Shown: piece by piece, positions 27,907 to 37,086 of the stretch | Position numbering within the stretch: position 1 is the stretch's first letter | How the letters are laid out: each line of letters opens with the position of its first letter | NCBI GenBank assembly: GCA_964449965.1 | Contig: CAYVEO010000006.1 | Span: forward strand, 308 to 64,307 | Direction: 5' to 3' | DNA length: 64,000 nucleotides | Source: an uncultured Planctomycetia bacterium | GTDB lineage: Bacteria; Omnitrophota; Gorgyraeia; CAYVEO01 | Program-made: the position numbers and the translations under genes | Notes under the pieces: model-generated | What the model was told of the DNA's origin: nothing | The model's input: the letters and a program-made list of their open reading frames with translations, nothing else | The model's database searches: none

Positions 27907-28713
27907 ATGGGATTTAAAAATACTTTATTGATTATTATATGTCTCTTTGTAATATTGGCTGGCTGCGGCAGGACTACACGGGTCTATTTAAGAACCGATA
28001 CAAGAATCTCCCGTTTAGAACAAGTGGCAATCCTGCCTTTTGATAACATAAGCGGTGAGGCAGATGCAGGGGAAAAGGTCAGGAATGTTTTTCTAACGGG
28101 CTTATATAACTTAGGGGTTTTGGGTGTAGTTGAATCAGGAGAAGTGGAAAGGTTTCTTTTAGAAGAGAGGCTCAGGTCCACAGCCCAGCTAAATACCGAA
28201 ATCATTCAGAAGATGGGTAAAAAACTCAAGGTGGATGGAATTATATTAGGGGCTGTGCAAGAGTATAAATATACGAGGATAGGAAATGAAGACGTTCCTG
28301 TAGTATCAATCAGCATCAGGATTGTAGATACCGGGACCGGCAGTATCATTATGGCTGTTACCCATTCCAGGGCTGGAAATGACAGGGAAAAAGTATTCGG
28401 GCTCGGAAGAATCAGGACGTTAAGCCAGATGACGGATATCGTAATTGATGAATTGCTTAACTCATTGGCAGTAAAACTCCCGCCGAGGTATGCAATGAGA
28501 AAGAAGATAATCACGGAGACTACAATGCCCTCAAAACCTTCAGAAGAGACGGTAAAGATTCCTGAAGAACCAGGAAAGATTGAGGAGGAAAAGAAACAAG
28601 AAGAGGCTGTTCCTGTAGAAAAAAGTGCAGATGAATTAAAGGAAGAATCGCGAAAGTTGTCCAAGGAATATTTTGAAAAGATTAAAGAAGAGAGGGGTGT
28701 GACAGAAAAGTGA
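27907..28713 (+). CDS. CsgG/DUF799-like lipoprotein with charged C-terminal extension
   Basis: ATG 27907 with ggagga RBS; lipobox LAGC; VAILPFDNIS; KVDGIILGAV; IRIVDTGTG; paralog of the previous gene. Confidence 0.75.
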   Translation: MGFKNTLLIIICLFVILAGCGRTTRVYLRTDTRISRLEQVAILPFDNISGEADAGEKVRNVFLTGLYNLGVLGVVESGEVERFLLEERLRSTAQLNTEIIQKMGKKLKVDGIILGAVQEYKYTRIGNEDVPVVSISIRIVDTGTGSIIMAVTHSRAGNDREKVFGLGRIRTLSQMTDIVIDELLNSLAVKLPPRYAMRKKIITETTMPSKPSEETVKIPEEPGKIEEEKKQEEAVPVEKSADELKEESRKLSKEYFEKIKEERGVTEK

Positions 28714-29291
28714 AAACAAAGAAGGATTACAAGAGAAGAAAGTTTTTCATAAGAGAAGGTTCGCAGTTGAGAATAGTCTTTGGGATACAGTTGATATTTT
28801 TTATCATGATGGTAATATGCGGCGGAATATTTTACAAGATAGCCAACAAAGACCTGACAGAGAGCTATTTTTCAGCTCACTGGAAGATAAAGAAGACTAT
28901 GGAGCTGCTCCTGCCAAGTCTCCTTATTATAAATTTTGCAGGGCTTATCGTGGGAACAATTGTAAATATATTCTTTGTGCATAGAATCACAGGGCCTATT
29001 CACAGGTTATGCCGCATCTTGAAAGATACGGGTAACGGCAATCTATCTCACACCATTAAGTTCAGGGATTATGACGAATTAAAAGAACTTGCTTTTGCAT
29101 CTAATGAGATGATGGCTTTGCTTAAGGAAAGGATACAGAGACTAAAGGCAATATCAGTTTCACTGGAGAAGGATATAAAGGAGACGAATGCAATAGAAAA
29201 TAAATTGCCTTCAGATTTGAAACTAACAGTAGATAAATTAGTTAAGGATTCGCAGGATTTTGTTAAGGAGATGTCAAGATATAAGGTGTAA
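28710..29291 (+). CDS. Two-TM HAMP-domain membrane protein
   Basis: RRKFFI; two TMs; HRITGPIHRL...GNL...FRDYDELKELA coiled coil. Confidence 0.75.
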   Translation: MKTKKDYKRRKFFIREGSQLRIVFGIQLIFFIMMVICGGIFYKIANKDLTESYFSAHWKIKKTMELLLPSLLIINFAGLIVGTIVNIFFVHRITGPIHRLCRILKDTGNGNLSHTIKFRDYDELKELAFASNEMMALLKERIQRLKAISVSLEKDIKETNAIENKLPSDLKLTVDKLVKDSQDFVKEMSRYKV

Positions 29292-29298
29292 ATTATAA

Positions 29299-29784
29299 AT
29301 GCAAAATGACAATGGAAAATTTAGATTTTTAGTTATCTTAATAATTACTTTAGTTTTTATCTTTAGCATGGTTTCTTTACATTCCCAGAATGAGGGAAAG
29401 GCTGAGCGCGGCAGTCTATGTTTTCCGTGCCACGCTGATTTTAAGGACAAAAATGTTGGATATGAACATAAGCCTTTTATACAGGAGGACTGCAGCAGGT
29501 GCCATAAGTTTCATGGTGACAATCCCAGGAAAGGTAACCTTAAAAAGAATTTTTCCCAGGCAGATATTGATTTGTGTTACTCATGCCACCCCAACGATAA
29601 ATTAGGGCTGTCCCATCCAGTAGGCGGTAATATGAGGGACCCTAACACAGGTTATCTGATGACGTGCACCTCTACGTGCCATGACCCGCATGGAAGTGAT
29701 TACAGGTTTATACTGCGACAGGAGGGTGGTAAAAATTTATGTATAAGTTGTCACAAAGAACTTATAGAAGGAAGGGGACGATGA
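29299..29784 (+). CDS. Small multiheme cytochrome c (4 CxxCH plus CX3CH)
   Basis: CFPCH, CSRCH, CYSCH, CTSTCH, CISCH; HPVG...DP.TG..MTC resembles the end of the 42-heme protein. Confidence 0.88.
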   Translation: MQNDNGKFRFLVILIITLVFIFSMVSLHSQNEGKAERGSLCFPCHADFKDKNVGYEHKPFIQEDCSRCHKFHGDNPRKGNLKKNFSQADIDLCYSCHPNDKLGLSHPVGGNMRDPNTGYLMTCTSTCHDPHGSDYRFILRQEGGKNLCISCHKELIEGRGR

Positions 29785-29785
29785 G

Positions 29786-30529
29786 ATGAATAAGTTCATG
29801 GTGGTTATTACTATAGCAGCCATTTGTATCACACCATCTCTTGCATTCGGCTACAATACCATGTGGCAGGAGAGAGGGGAAAAGCCGTGTCTTCAATGTC
29901 ACGGTGAAAAGATGGAGGGATTGTTCAAGAAGAAGAACGTCCATTTTCCATTCGCTCAAAAAGAATGTGAATCATGCCATGACCCAAAGGCATTTTCATT
30001 AGTAGCCCAGGGTTCTGAACTATGTTTTGGCTGCCACAGTGATAAGGCTGATGAATTCAAAAAAGGGCATACCCATACCCCTGTCAAAAACGGTCAGTGT
30101 ATTAAGTGCCACAGCCCCCATGCCTCAGATAATAAATATCAATTAACCAATGATGTTCCAAAACTCTGTTTTTCCTGCCATAAAGAAGACAGATTTACAA
30201 AGGTTAAATTTACCCATTTCCCTGTAGAAGAGGGCAATTGCCTCTTATGCCACGGCCATCATAATGGGATAGATAGAAGTAACCTTAAAAGCGCTGTCTC
30301 AGACCTATGCACCACCTGCCATGATAAGGATAGCATGATAATCCCGCACCCCACAGATGTCATTCCAACTGATAAGATAGTAATCCCTAAGGATAGCCAG
30401 ATGAAGTTAGATGAGAAAGGTATGGTTACTTGTGTGACCTGCCATAACCAGCATGGCTCAAATCTTGCATTCTTTTTGAAAGAGAGTATGGAAGATGGGG
30501 CAATGTGTTATAAGTGCCACAAGAAATGA
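29786..30529 (+). CDS. Nonaheme paired-CXXCH cytochrome c
   Basis: Signal peptide; 9 CxxCH (CLQCH...CYKCH). Confidence 0.92.
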   Translation: MNKFMVVITIAAICITPSLAFGYNTMWQERGEKPCLQCHGEKMEGLFKKKNVHFPFAQKECESCHDPKAFSLVAQGSELCFGCHSDKADEFKKGHTHTPVKNGQCIKCHSPHASDNKYQLTNDVPKLCFSCHKEDRFTKVKFTHFPVEEGNCLLCHGHHNGIDRSNLKSAVSDLCTTCHDKDSMIIPHPTDVIPTDKIVIPKDSQMKLDEKGMVTCVTCHNQHGSNLAFFLKESMEDGAMCYKCHKK

Positions 30530-30542
30530 TTACACAAATTAA

Positions 30543-30860
30543 AAATGTTTAGATGTCTTAATGGGATACCAATGGCCTGGTAATATCAGGGAATTGAAAC
30601 ATTTGATAGAACGTCTTAGCCTGCTAAAAGTTGGAAAGAACATTAAACTAACAGACCTACCCCATGAGATGAGATTGCCTGTAGTTAACGGGAGAATATT
30701 AGAACCTGGTAAGTATTCTTTTCAGGAGGTAATTTCTTCTACCGAGAGAGAATTTATAACCTCTGCTCTCCAGATGGCAGGAGGCAACAAAAGCAAAGCA
30801 GCAGAGATATTGAAAATGAAACCCTCCACATTTCGGGATAAATTAAAAAAGATACGGTAA
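30543..30860 (+). pseudogene. C-terminal remnant of a sigma54 activator
   Basis: YQWPGNIRELKHLIER plus Fis HTH (GNKSKAAEIL); in-frame TAA at 30540-30542; no AAA+ core. Confidence 0.8.
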
Positions 30861-30900
30861 CCCGTCATTCTCACGCAATTCCGTGAGATATTGTTATGAA

Positions 30901-30933
30901 GTCATTGCGAGGAACGTAGTGACGAAGCAATCT
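30901..30933. repeat. REP-like palindrome, partial copy at 42902-42914
   Basis: gtcattgcgaggaacgtagtgacgaagcaatct; gtcattgcgagga recurs at 42902. Confidence 0.7.
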
Positions 30934-30997
30934 AATATTTATGTAACACATTTATAAACAACATGTTATATAAATCAGACATATCTGAATTTAACTT

Positions 30998-31013
30998 TGG
31001 CATGAAAATTGCT
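30998..31013 (+). promoter_or_regulatory. Sigma54 -24/-12 promoter for porin-cytochrome operon 1
   Basis: TGGCATgaaaaTTGCT. Confidence 0.85.
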
Positions 31014-31028
31014 ATAATTATGTATTAT

Positions 31029-32342
31029 ATGAAATACAGTTTGTGTTTAATATGGTTACTCATAATAATATGTGTCCTTGGTGTAGGATTAGAAGCAGCA
31101 ACTATGCCTGAGATACATGGTTATAGCCGTCAGGAATACCGGGTGCGCTGGAGTGAAACCCAGGAAGACCAGGATTTCTACCAGTATCTTTCGTTAAATT
31201 TGGGTAAGGAAGGAAAGGATAAAGTCACAGGCTCCTTCTTTAGCCGGCTCTCCGCTGATATTGACGGCCGCCAGTCAGGCAATAGTTTCTATCCCTTCGC
31301 TGATATTACCGATACTTATCAGGATAATATAAATGGGCGCATCTATCAGGCATACCTGGATTTTAATGATGTGAAGTATTTGTCAAAACTGCGGTTAGGC
31401 AGGCAATATGTCTATGAAGGCGAGACGGTCCAGTTTGATGGGGCGAGATTAGAACTAAAGCCCTACTGGGAGAATATTGATTTCTCTTTCTACGGGGGCG
31501 TGCCTACGCATCTTTACGAATCTTCTCTTTCAGGCGACTGGATTTTAGGAACCGGTATTGAAGGGCACCCATTAGATGGGACAAGACTGAGATTGGATTA
31601 TGTCTATGTAGAGGATGATAATGCCACCTGGGGTGACCACAACGATGACCTCTGGGTTTTAAGCGGATGGCAGAGGGTTATGGACAACTTAAACCTGAAT
31701 GGAAAATACTCTTTCTTGGATAAAAAAGAAAGGGACGCATCTTTACGCGCAAATCTGAACTATCCTGACAAAGACCTCTCTTTTCAGGCGTCTTATTTCA
31801 GGCAACTGGAGACCTTAAGGGATTTTTCCGTAGAATTTTCTCCATTTTATCCGGTGGCTGGCGAATATTTCCCGTTCCATCAGTATGATTTTTCCTGCCG
31901 TAAAGGGTTCGGGGAAAAATTGGGAATAGAGGCAGGGGTTAGCACACGGGATTTGGTAGAAGATACAACTGAGACTAATTTTAATCACGAATATGATAGG
32001 TATTTTATTACCATTTCTATTTATGAATTCTTGCTTGAAGATACAGAGTTCTCTCTCACTGCCGAGCAATGGAGTTCAAACGACGATATAAGGACTTTAG
32101 GTTTTGAGGCGGAGAAGAAATTTAATAAAAACGTAGAAGTCAAGGCAGGCTCATATTATTCTCTTTACAAATATGATTATTATACAAGCCAGGAGAGGGA
32201 TGATGTGCGGACTGCTTTTCTTGAATTGGAATTAAAGCCGTGGAAGAAAAAAGATGTAAAGTGGGAAATAAGATACGAAGCCGAAGACGATGATTTTGAT
32301 GTGTATCATACACTTAAAACAGGGATAAAATGTAATTTTTGA
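31029..32342 (+). CDS. Outer-membrane beta-barrel porin of porin-cytochrome conduit 1
   Basis: Signal peptide from ATG 31029; amphipathic beta strands, acidic, terminal Phe (GIKCNF); directly upstream of multiheme lipoproteins. Confidence 0.85.
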   Translation: MKYSLCLIWLLIIICVLGVGLEAATMPEIHGYSRQEYRVRWSETQEDQDFYQYLSLNLGKEGKDKVTGSFFSRLSADIDGRQSGNSFYPFADITDTYQDNINGRIYQAYLDFNDVKYLSKLRLGRQYVYEGETVQFDGARLELKPYWENIDFSFYGGVPTHLYESSLSGDWILGTGIEGHPLDGTRLRLDYVYVEDDNATWGDHNDDLWVLSGWQRVMDNLNLNGKYSFLDKKERDASLRANLNYPDKDLSFQASYFRQLETLRDFSVEFSPFYPVAGEYFPFHQYDFSCRKGFGEKLGIEAGVSTRDLVEDTTETNFNHEYDRYFITISIYEFLLEDTEFSLTAEQWSSNDDIRTLGFEAEKKFNKNVEVKAGSYYSLYKYDYYTSQERDDVRTAFLELELKPWKKKDVKWEIRYEAEDDDFDVYHTLKTGIKCNF

Positions 32343-32354
32343 CAGGAGGCTGTC

Positions 32355-33380
32355 TTGAAAAGAAGGACAATAGTGATATTCTTAGGGGTGTTAATTCTGG
32401 GACTTTTATCCTCAGGCTGTAAAGAATGGCCAATAAAGTTCAGCCATAAGAACCACCTCAAGCAGAGAATAGAGTGTGAATCCTGCCATGCCATTAAGCC
32501 AGGATACGAACTCCCTGCAATACCTGATATGACAGTCTGTACCACATGCCATGATGTTGATAAAGAGGCAGGTTTAAAAGAAATCAAAGAACATAAGACT
32601 GCACCAGCCGAGTGTGGTAAATGCCATATAGGAATACCAGGTGAGAAGAAGATAGAGTGGGCAAAATGGTGTGAATTCCCGGACGTCAGATTCTCGCATG
32701 AAAATCACTATAAAGAACGTCATATAGACTGTAAAATCTGCCATGAGGGAATAGATAAAGTAGATAAGCCAACCATGCTACAGGTTCCCCGTATGGAAAC
32801 CTGTATGGGATGTCATGAAAAGAATAAGAAAGAAATTAACTGCCAGCAATGCCATAGCGAGAAGGCAAAAGAGACCCGTCCACAGGACCATCTGGTTGGT
32901 TGGCAGAAGAGACATGGTGATTTAATAAAAGAAGGGATTGACCCGCGCGGTGAGGCAAAATGTTACCGTTGTCACAGAAAAGATTCCTGCGTTGACTGCC
33001 ATCAGAATGAAGCACCGGCTGACCATACCAACCACTGGAGACAGCGCGGGCATGGGATTGCATCGGAGATTGACAGGGACAGGTGTGCAAAGTGTCATCA
33101 GATGGACGAGTGTGTGCGGTGCCACGAACAGACTGCACCGCGGAATCATACCGCAGGGTGGAGTGGAAGCAGTCAGAGGCATTGTTCAGTCTGCCACTGG
33201 CCCCTTAATGCTGTTGGTTGTTCTGCGTGTCATAAAGGAACGCCAGGACACGATGCTGCGCCGGACAGGCCGGGCGGGACTGCACACACATCGGGAAGCG
33301 ATTGCAGGGCATGTCATATGCCCGGTACCGGGTTACCACACCCGGATGACGGTGGGAGTTGTGAACGTTGCCATAGATGA
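32355..33380 (+). CDS. 14-heme lipoprotein cytochrome (c3/c7-like), conduit 1
   Basis: RBS aggagg; lipobox SSGC; FSH..H motifs; 14 CxxCH. Confidence 0.92.
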   Translation: MKRRTIVIFLGVLILGLLSSGCKEWPIKFSHKNHLKQRIECESCHAIKPGYELPAIPDMTVCTTCHDVDKEAGLKEIKEHKTAPAECGKCHIGIPGEKKIEWAKWCEFPDVRFSHENHYKERHIDCKICHEGIDKVDKPTMLQVPRMETCMGCHEKNKKEINCQQCHSEKAKETRPQDHLVGWQKRHGDLIKEGIDPRGEAKCYRCHRKDSCVDCHQNEAPADHTNHWRQRGHGIASEIDRDRCAKCHQMDECVRCHEQTAPRNHTAGWSGSSQRHCSVCHWPLNAVGCSACHKGTPGHDAAPDRPGGTAHTSGSDCRACHMPGTGLPHPDDGGSCERCHR

Positions 33381-33479
33381 AATAAAGTTGACAGTTAACA
33401 GTTTACAGTTGAAATGCCATAGTTGTTTACTGTAAATTAGAAAGTCATGGCTAAATTTATGTAAAAGGAGGTTTTTGAA

Positions 33480-36293
33480 ATGTTTAAAGATGAATTTAGA
33501 GAACGGTGTTTAATAATAATTGCATTGTTATTGGCCGTAGGATTAGCCCTGGCGTGCGGCGGTGGTGGAGGAGGTGACAAAGGAGAGGAGACCACGGGCA
33601 AGGTCTCAGGGACTGTTACAGGGAGTGGGGGACTGGCAAATGTAACAGTATCCACAGACAAAGGTGACCATACCACGACCACAGATAGCAGCGGTAATTA
33701 TACCCTCTCAGGCGTTGAACCCAATACATATACCCTGCGCGCCTCTTTGAATAATTATGAGACAACAACTGCTATTGATAAGGTAATAACTGCCGGCAAT
33801 ACCACGTCACAGAATTTTGAACTTTCTACTTTCAATGACAAACCATATGTAGGTTCTGTGCGCTGTAAGGTATGCCATAATGCCCTGTATCAATCATGGA
33901 AAGATACCCTGCATACCAAGAAACTGCGTTATCCAACAGACTCACCGGGAGTAGTGGCGGATAGCGATGCTGATGGGACAGATGATTTTAAAGAAGGGTT
34001 AGACCTTTCAACTGACAGCAGTTTCAGCGCCTACGGAACCAATGCCCCTGTTTTAGGTTATTCAGATGGAAACTATACTGTTAAGATTGGCCAGGTTACC
34101 TATACAGTCAATAAGACCATAGGTGGTAAGTGGAAACAGAGATACGTCACACAGCAGGGAAATAGCCACTATATCTTACCAGTCCACTATAATGTAGAAG
34201 CCAGGGACTGGACAACATATGATGCATCAAACTGGTATGACAGTTCTAACCTTCCTATATATGGTCCAGGTGATACATTTGTCTCCAAGGGAAATCAGAA
34301 TGATGCATATGAAAGGCGATGCGGCGGATGCCATGTTTCAGACTATGTGCCGAATTACATTGCTTCTACAGGGGAATGGCAGCACAGTTATCTTGAAATG
34401 CCTATCGGCTGCGAAATGTGTCATGGACCTGGTGGTAAGCATATCGTTACCCAGAGTCCGGAAGATATTATAGACCCCGGAAATTCAAGTGACCTTACCA
34501 CTGATCTGGCAAACCAGGTCTGCGGAATGTGCCATACCCGCGGGACAGGCGAAGCAGGCAGCGGGGCCCCCTCTAATTATGATTTCCCATTTGATACCAC
34601 ATTACAGAGGATTTTCAGACCAGGCGATACATTAACTAATTTCTATACTCATACAACAACATCCAGTGAGTATTGGGGACTAGATTTTCTTTCATCAACT
34701 TATCTGATTAATTCTACCAATGTCTTAGGTAAGAACTTTGTGACCTCTAAAGGTCATCATCAGCAGTATCTTGACCTGTATAACGGACCTCATGCCGCGG
34801 CTGGTCTTTCCTGTTTTGATTGCCATGACCCTCATGGTGCAACACAGGAAGGACAGATAATTACCAGCCGTAGTGACAATGACGGCGAGAATATTACAAT
34901 CCAAACCGGGACTGATAATAATACACTATGCCTTTCCTGTCATGCTGAGGATACTCCTTTTACAACAGTGACCAATGAAATGGTAAGAGATGTTTCGTCC
35001 GGTACAGTAAACGATACCTTGAAAAATGCTGTATTAGACCATATGGGTGAAGAGGCAGTGATGCGTGATGAGGATGAGATTACTTATGACCCTGAAGGGA
35101 CAGGCGTGGGCAGATGCACAAAATGTCATATGCCAAAGACTGCAAAGACTGCGGCCGATTGGTTAGATGATGAGGCCGGGTTTGATAAAGGGGACTTACA
35201 CTCCCATACATTCCGGGTTATATTTCCCAATGTGAACCGCGTCCTTGGTCTTACTATGACAAATTCATGCACAGAATGTCACGCCACAACAAGTGAACAT
35301 TTCAAAGAGGCGTGGCAGTGGTCAATCTCAGGACATGCAGATTTGAGTGCAAGTCATTATAAATATGCCACTGGGTCAACCCGTACGTCCTGTGTGAGAT
35401 GCCATTCCGGTGAAGGTTTTGTTGACAGCATCGCTGATGGTGTGGGCGGCAAATCTGACTCTACCGAGGAGGCTACTCTTAGAACAGACTATAAACTCCA
35501 TTCCTGCTACACCTGCCATGACCCGACAGCGAGTTCGCCCACAGCACGTCGTTCTATTCCTACAGTGAAATTCCCGTCTGACGTCACAAAAACACAGGCT
35601 GAGGTTGGGGATTCTGCTTTATGTATCTCCTGCCATCAGTATAGAACTGCAGGAGCTACAGCAGTTGCAGACGCGATAGCCAGCCGCGACAGCGGCGGTA
35701 GTTTCAGCACAGTCGCAGGAAAGGTTAATCCGCATTATCGCGGCGGAGCCGCCATGTTGTATGGTTCAGGCGTGGACGGCGGATATGAATATACAGGCAA
35801 GACCTATTCTAACGGTATAACCGCGCACCAGACCACGAACTGTGTTGGCTGTCACATGGCTGATGCCAGCAGCAATAATGTCGGCGGCCATACATGGGCT
35901 ATGCACACCGCGGATGAGAGCGAACTTAACAACGCTATCTGTGCCACATGCCATACAGGCGGCGTGTCGTCATTTGACACATTCCGTTCAGGCAGCACAG
36001 GAAAGGATTATGACGGTGACGGGAACAGTACAGAGGGCATTCAGGAAGAGATTGCAGGTTTAAAGACCGCCCTTTTAACCCAGTTGAGCACTCTGGGTAT
36101 AACCAGCACCACCATTTATCCTTACTGGAGCGGGACCGCCTGGGTTGATAAAGCAATAAAGGGCGCCTATACCTATAATTTTGTTGACCATGACCCCGGG
36201 GCAGGGATTCATAACTTTGCCTATGCAATTCAACTCTTACGTGATGCTATAGAAGATATTAGCGGGGCAGCTCCAGCAGGTGTTCGTCCCTAA
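33480..36293 (+). CDS. 13-heme outer-surface lipoprotein cytochrome (OmcB/OmcC-like C-terminus, N-terminal beta-sandwich)
   Basis: Lipobox ALAC-GGGGG; carboxypeptidase-regulatory-like domain; 13 CxxCH; DYDGDG and DPGAGIHN.AY..QLL.D tail. Confidence 0.88.
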   Translation: MFKDEFRERCLIIIALLLAVGLALACGGGGGGDKGEETTGKVSGTVTGSGGLANVTVSTDKGDHTTTTDSSGNYTLSGVEPNTYTLRASLNNYETTTAIDKVITAGNTTSQNFELSTFNDKPYVGSVRCKVCHNALYQSWKDTLHTKKLRYPTDSPGVVADSDADGTDDFKEGLDLSTDSSFSAYGTNAPVLGYSDGNYTVKIGQVTYTVNKTIGGKWKQRYVTQQGNSHYILPVHYNVEARDWTTYDASNWYDSSNLPIYGPGDTFVSKGNQNDAYERRCGGCHVSDYVPNYIASTGEWQHSYLEMPIGCEMCHGPGGKHIVTQSPEDIIDPGNSSDLTTDLANQVCGMCHTRGTGEAGSGAPSNYDFPFDTTLQRIFRPGDTLTNFYTHTTTSSEYWGLDFLSSTYLINSTNVLGKNFVTSKGHHQQYLDLYNGPHAAAGLSCFDCHDPHGATQEGQIITSRSDNDGENITIQTGTDNNTLCLSCHAEDTPFTTVTNEMVRDVSSGTVNDTLKNAVLDHMGEEAVMRDEDEITYDPEGTGVGRCTKCHMPKTAKTAADWLDDEAGFDKGDLHSHTFRVIFPNVNRVLGLTMTNSCTECHATTSEHFKEAWQWSISGHADLSASHYKYATGSTRTSCVRCHSGEGFVDSIADGVGGKSDSTEEATLRTDYKLHSCYTCHDPTASSPTARRSIPTVKFPSDVTKTQAEVGDSALCISCHQYRTAGATAVADAIASRDSGGSFSTVAGKVNPHYRGGAAMLYGSGVDGGYEYTGKTYSNGITAHQTTNCVGCHMADASSNNVGGHTWAMHTADESELNNAICATCHTGGVSSFDTFRSGSTGKDYDGDGNSTEGIQEEIAGLKTALLTQLSTLGITSTTIYPYWSGTAWVDKAIKGAYTYNFVDHDPGAGIHNFAYAIQLLRDAIEDISGAAPAGVRP

Positions 36294-36295
36294 GA

Positions 36296-36414
36296 AAAAA
36301 GGGGACGGTTCTATTTTTGGGAAAATTCTTAACTTTAAAACCTCATTGGTTACAGTCATAATAATTAAGTATTTCATCCCTTTCTCGCATTAAAAATAGA
36401 ACCGTCCCCTTTTT
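36296..36414. repeat. 23-bp perfect inverted repeat (REPIN/MITE-like; may also act as terminator)
   Basis: aaaaaggggacggttctattttt (36296-36318) and aaaaatagaaccgtccccttttt (36392-36414). Confidence 0.85.
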
Positions 36415-36455
36415 CCATTGACTTTTTTATTTTTACAAAGTAAAATACAGTCATC

Positions 36456-37086
36456 GTGGAGATACTACATTATTTTGCATCAGGGTTGTGCCACCAGATA
36501 CAGGACAGGAGTTTTCAGTTTGGCAGTTTTACCCTTCCATTCTGTGTTAGATGTACCGGGGTCTATTGGGGGGTGCTTTCTGGTTTCATCGGTGTCTGGT
36601 TAGCAGGTGGTGGAAAGAGAAGCGGGTTACCTGTCTCTACCATGAGATGGGTATCGCTTTTGTTGCTGTGCATATTTCCTGACAGAGAGGCTCTTGCCTT
36701 TCTCAGTCCCGCTTTTCGTTCGCACTTATATTGGCGTGGGATTTGGCATATCCTTCTCTATATATTTGATTCCACTCTTTAATTATTTTTTCTGGTATAA
36801 CAAAAGGGATAATAAACCAATACTTGATAAATTTACGGTATTTATCCTGATTTTATTTATGAGTCTAAGTATCTTTGAGTTTGGACGGTTTTCGGATTCT
36901 GTGGTCGCCGGATATATATTGGGAATTTTGTCTGTGGCTGGGGCAATGATTCTTTATCTTGTTCTTAATCTTACTATAATAAGTTCAATACCCTGGTTTC
37001 GCAGATTTCCCAGGAGTTATCTTGTCCGGATTCCTTTAAGTTTATTTTTAGCAATGGGAGAAATCACACTGATAAAAATATGGTAA
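36456..37086 (+). pseudogene. DUF2085 membrane protein split by a frameshift
   Basis: CHQIQDRSF...CVRCTGVYWG in frame 1. The hydrophobic continuation (FLTERLLPFSVPLFVRTYIGVGFG) is in the next frame from about 36675. Confidence 0.7.

Noticed and set aside
30963-31028. N-terminal extension of porin 1
   Set aside because: It spans the sigma54 promoter; the signal peptide begins near ATG 31029.
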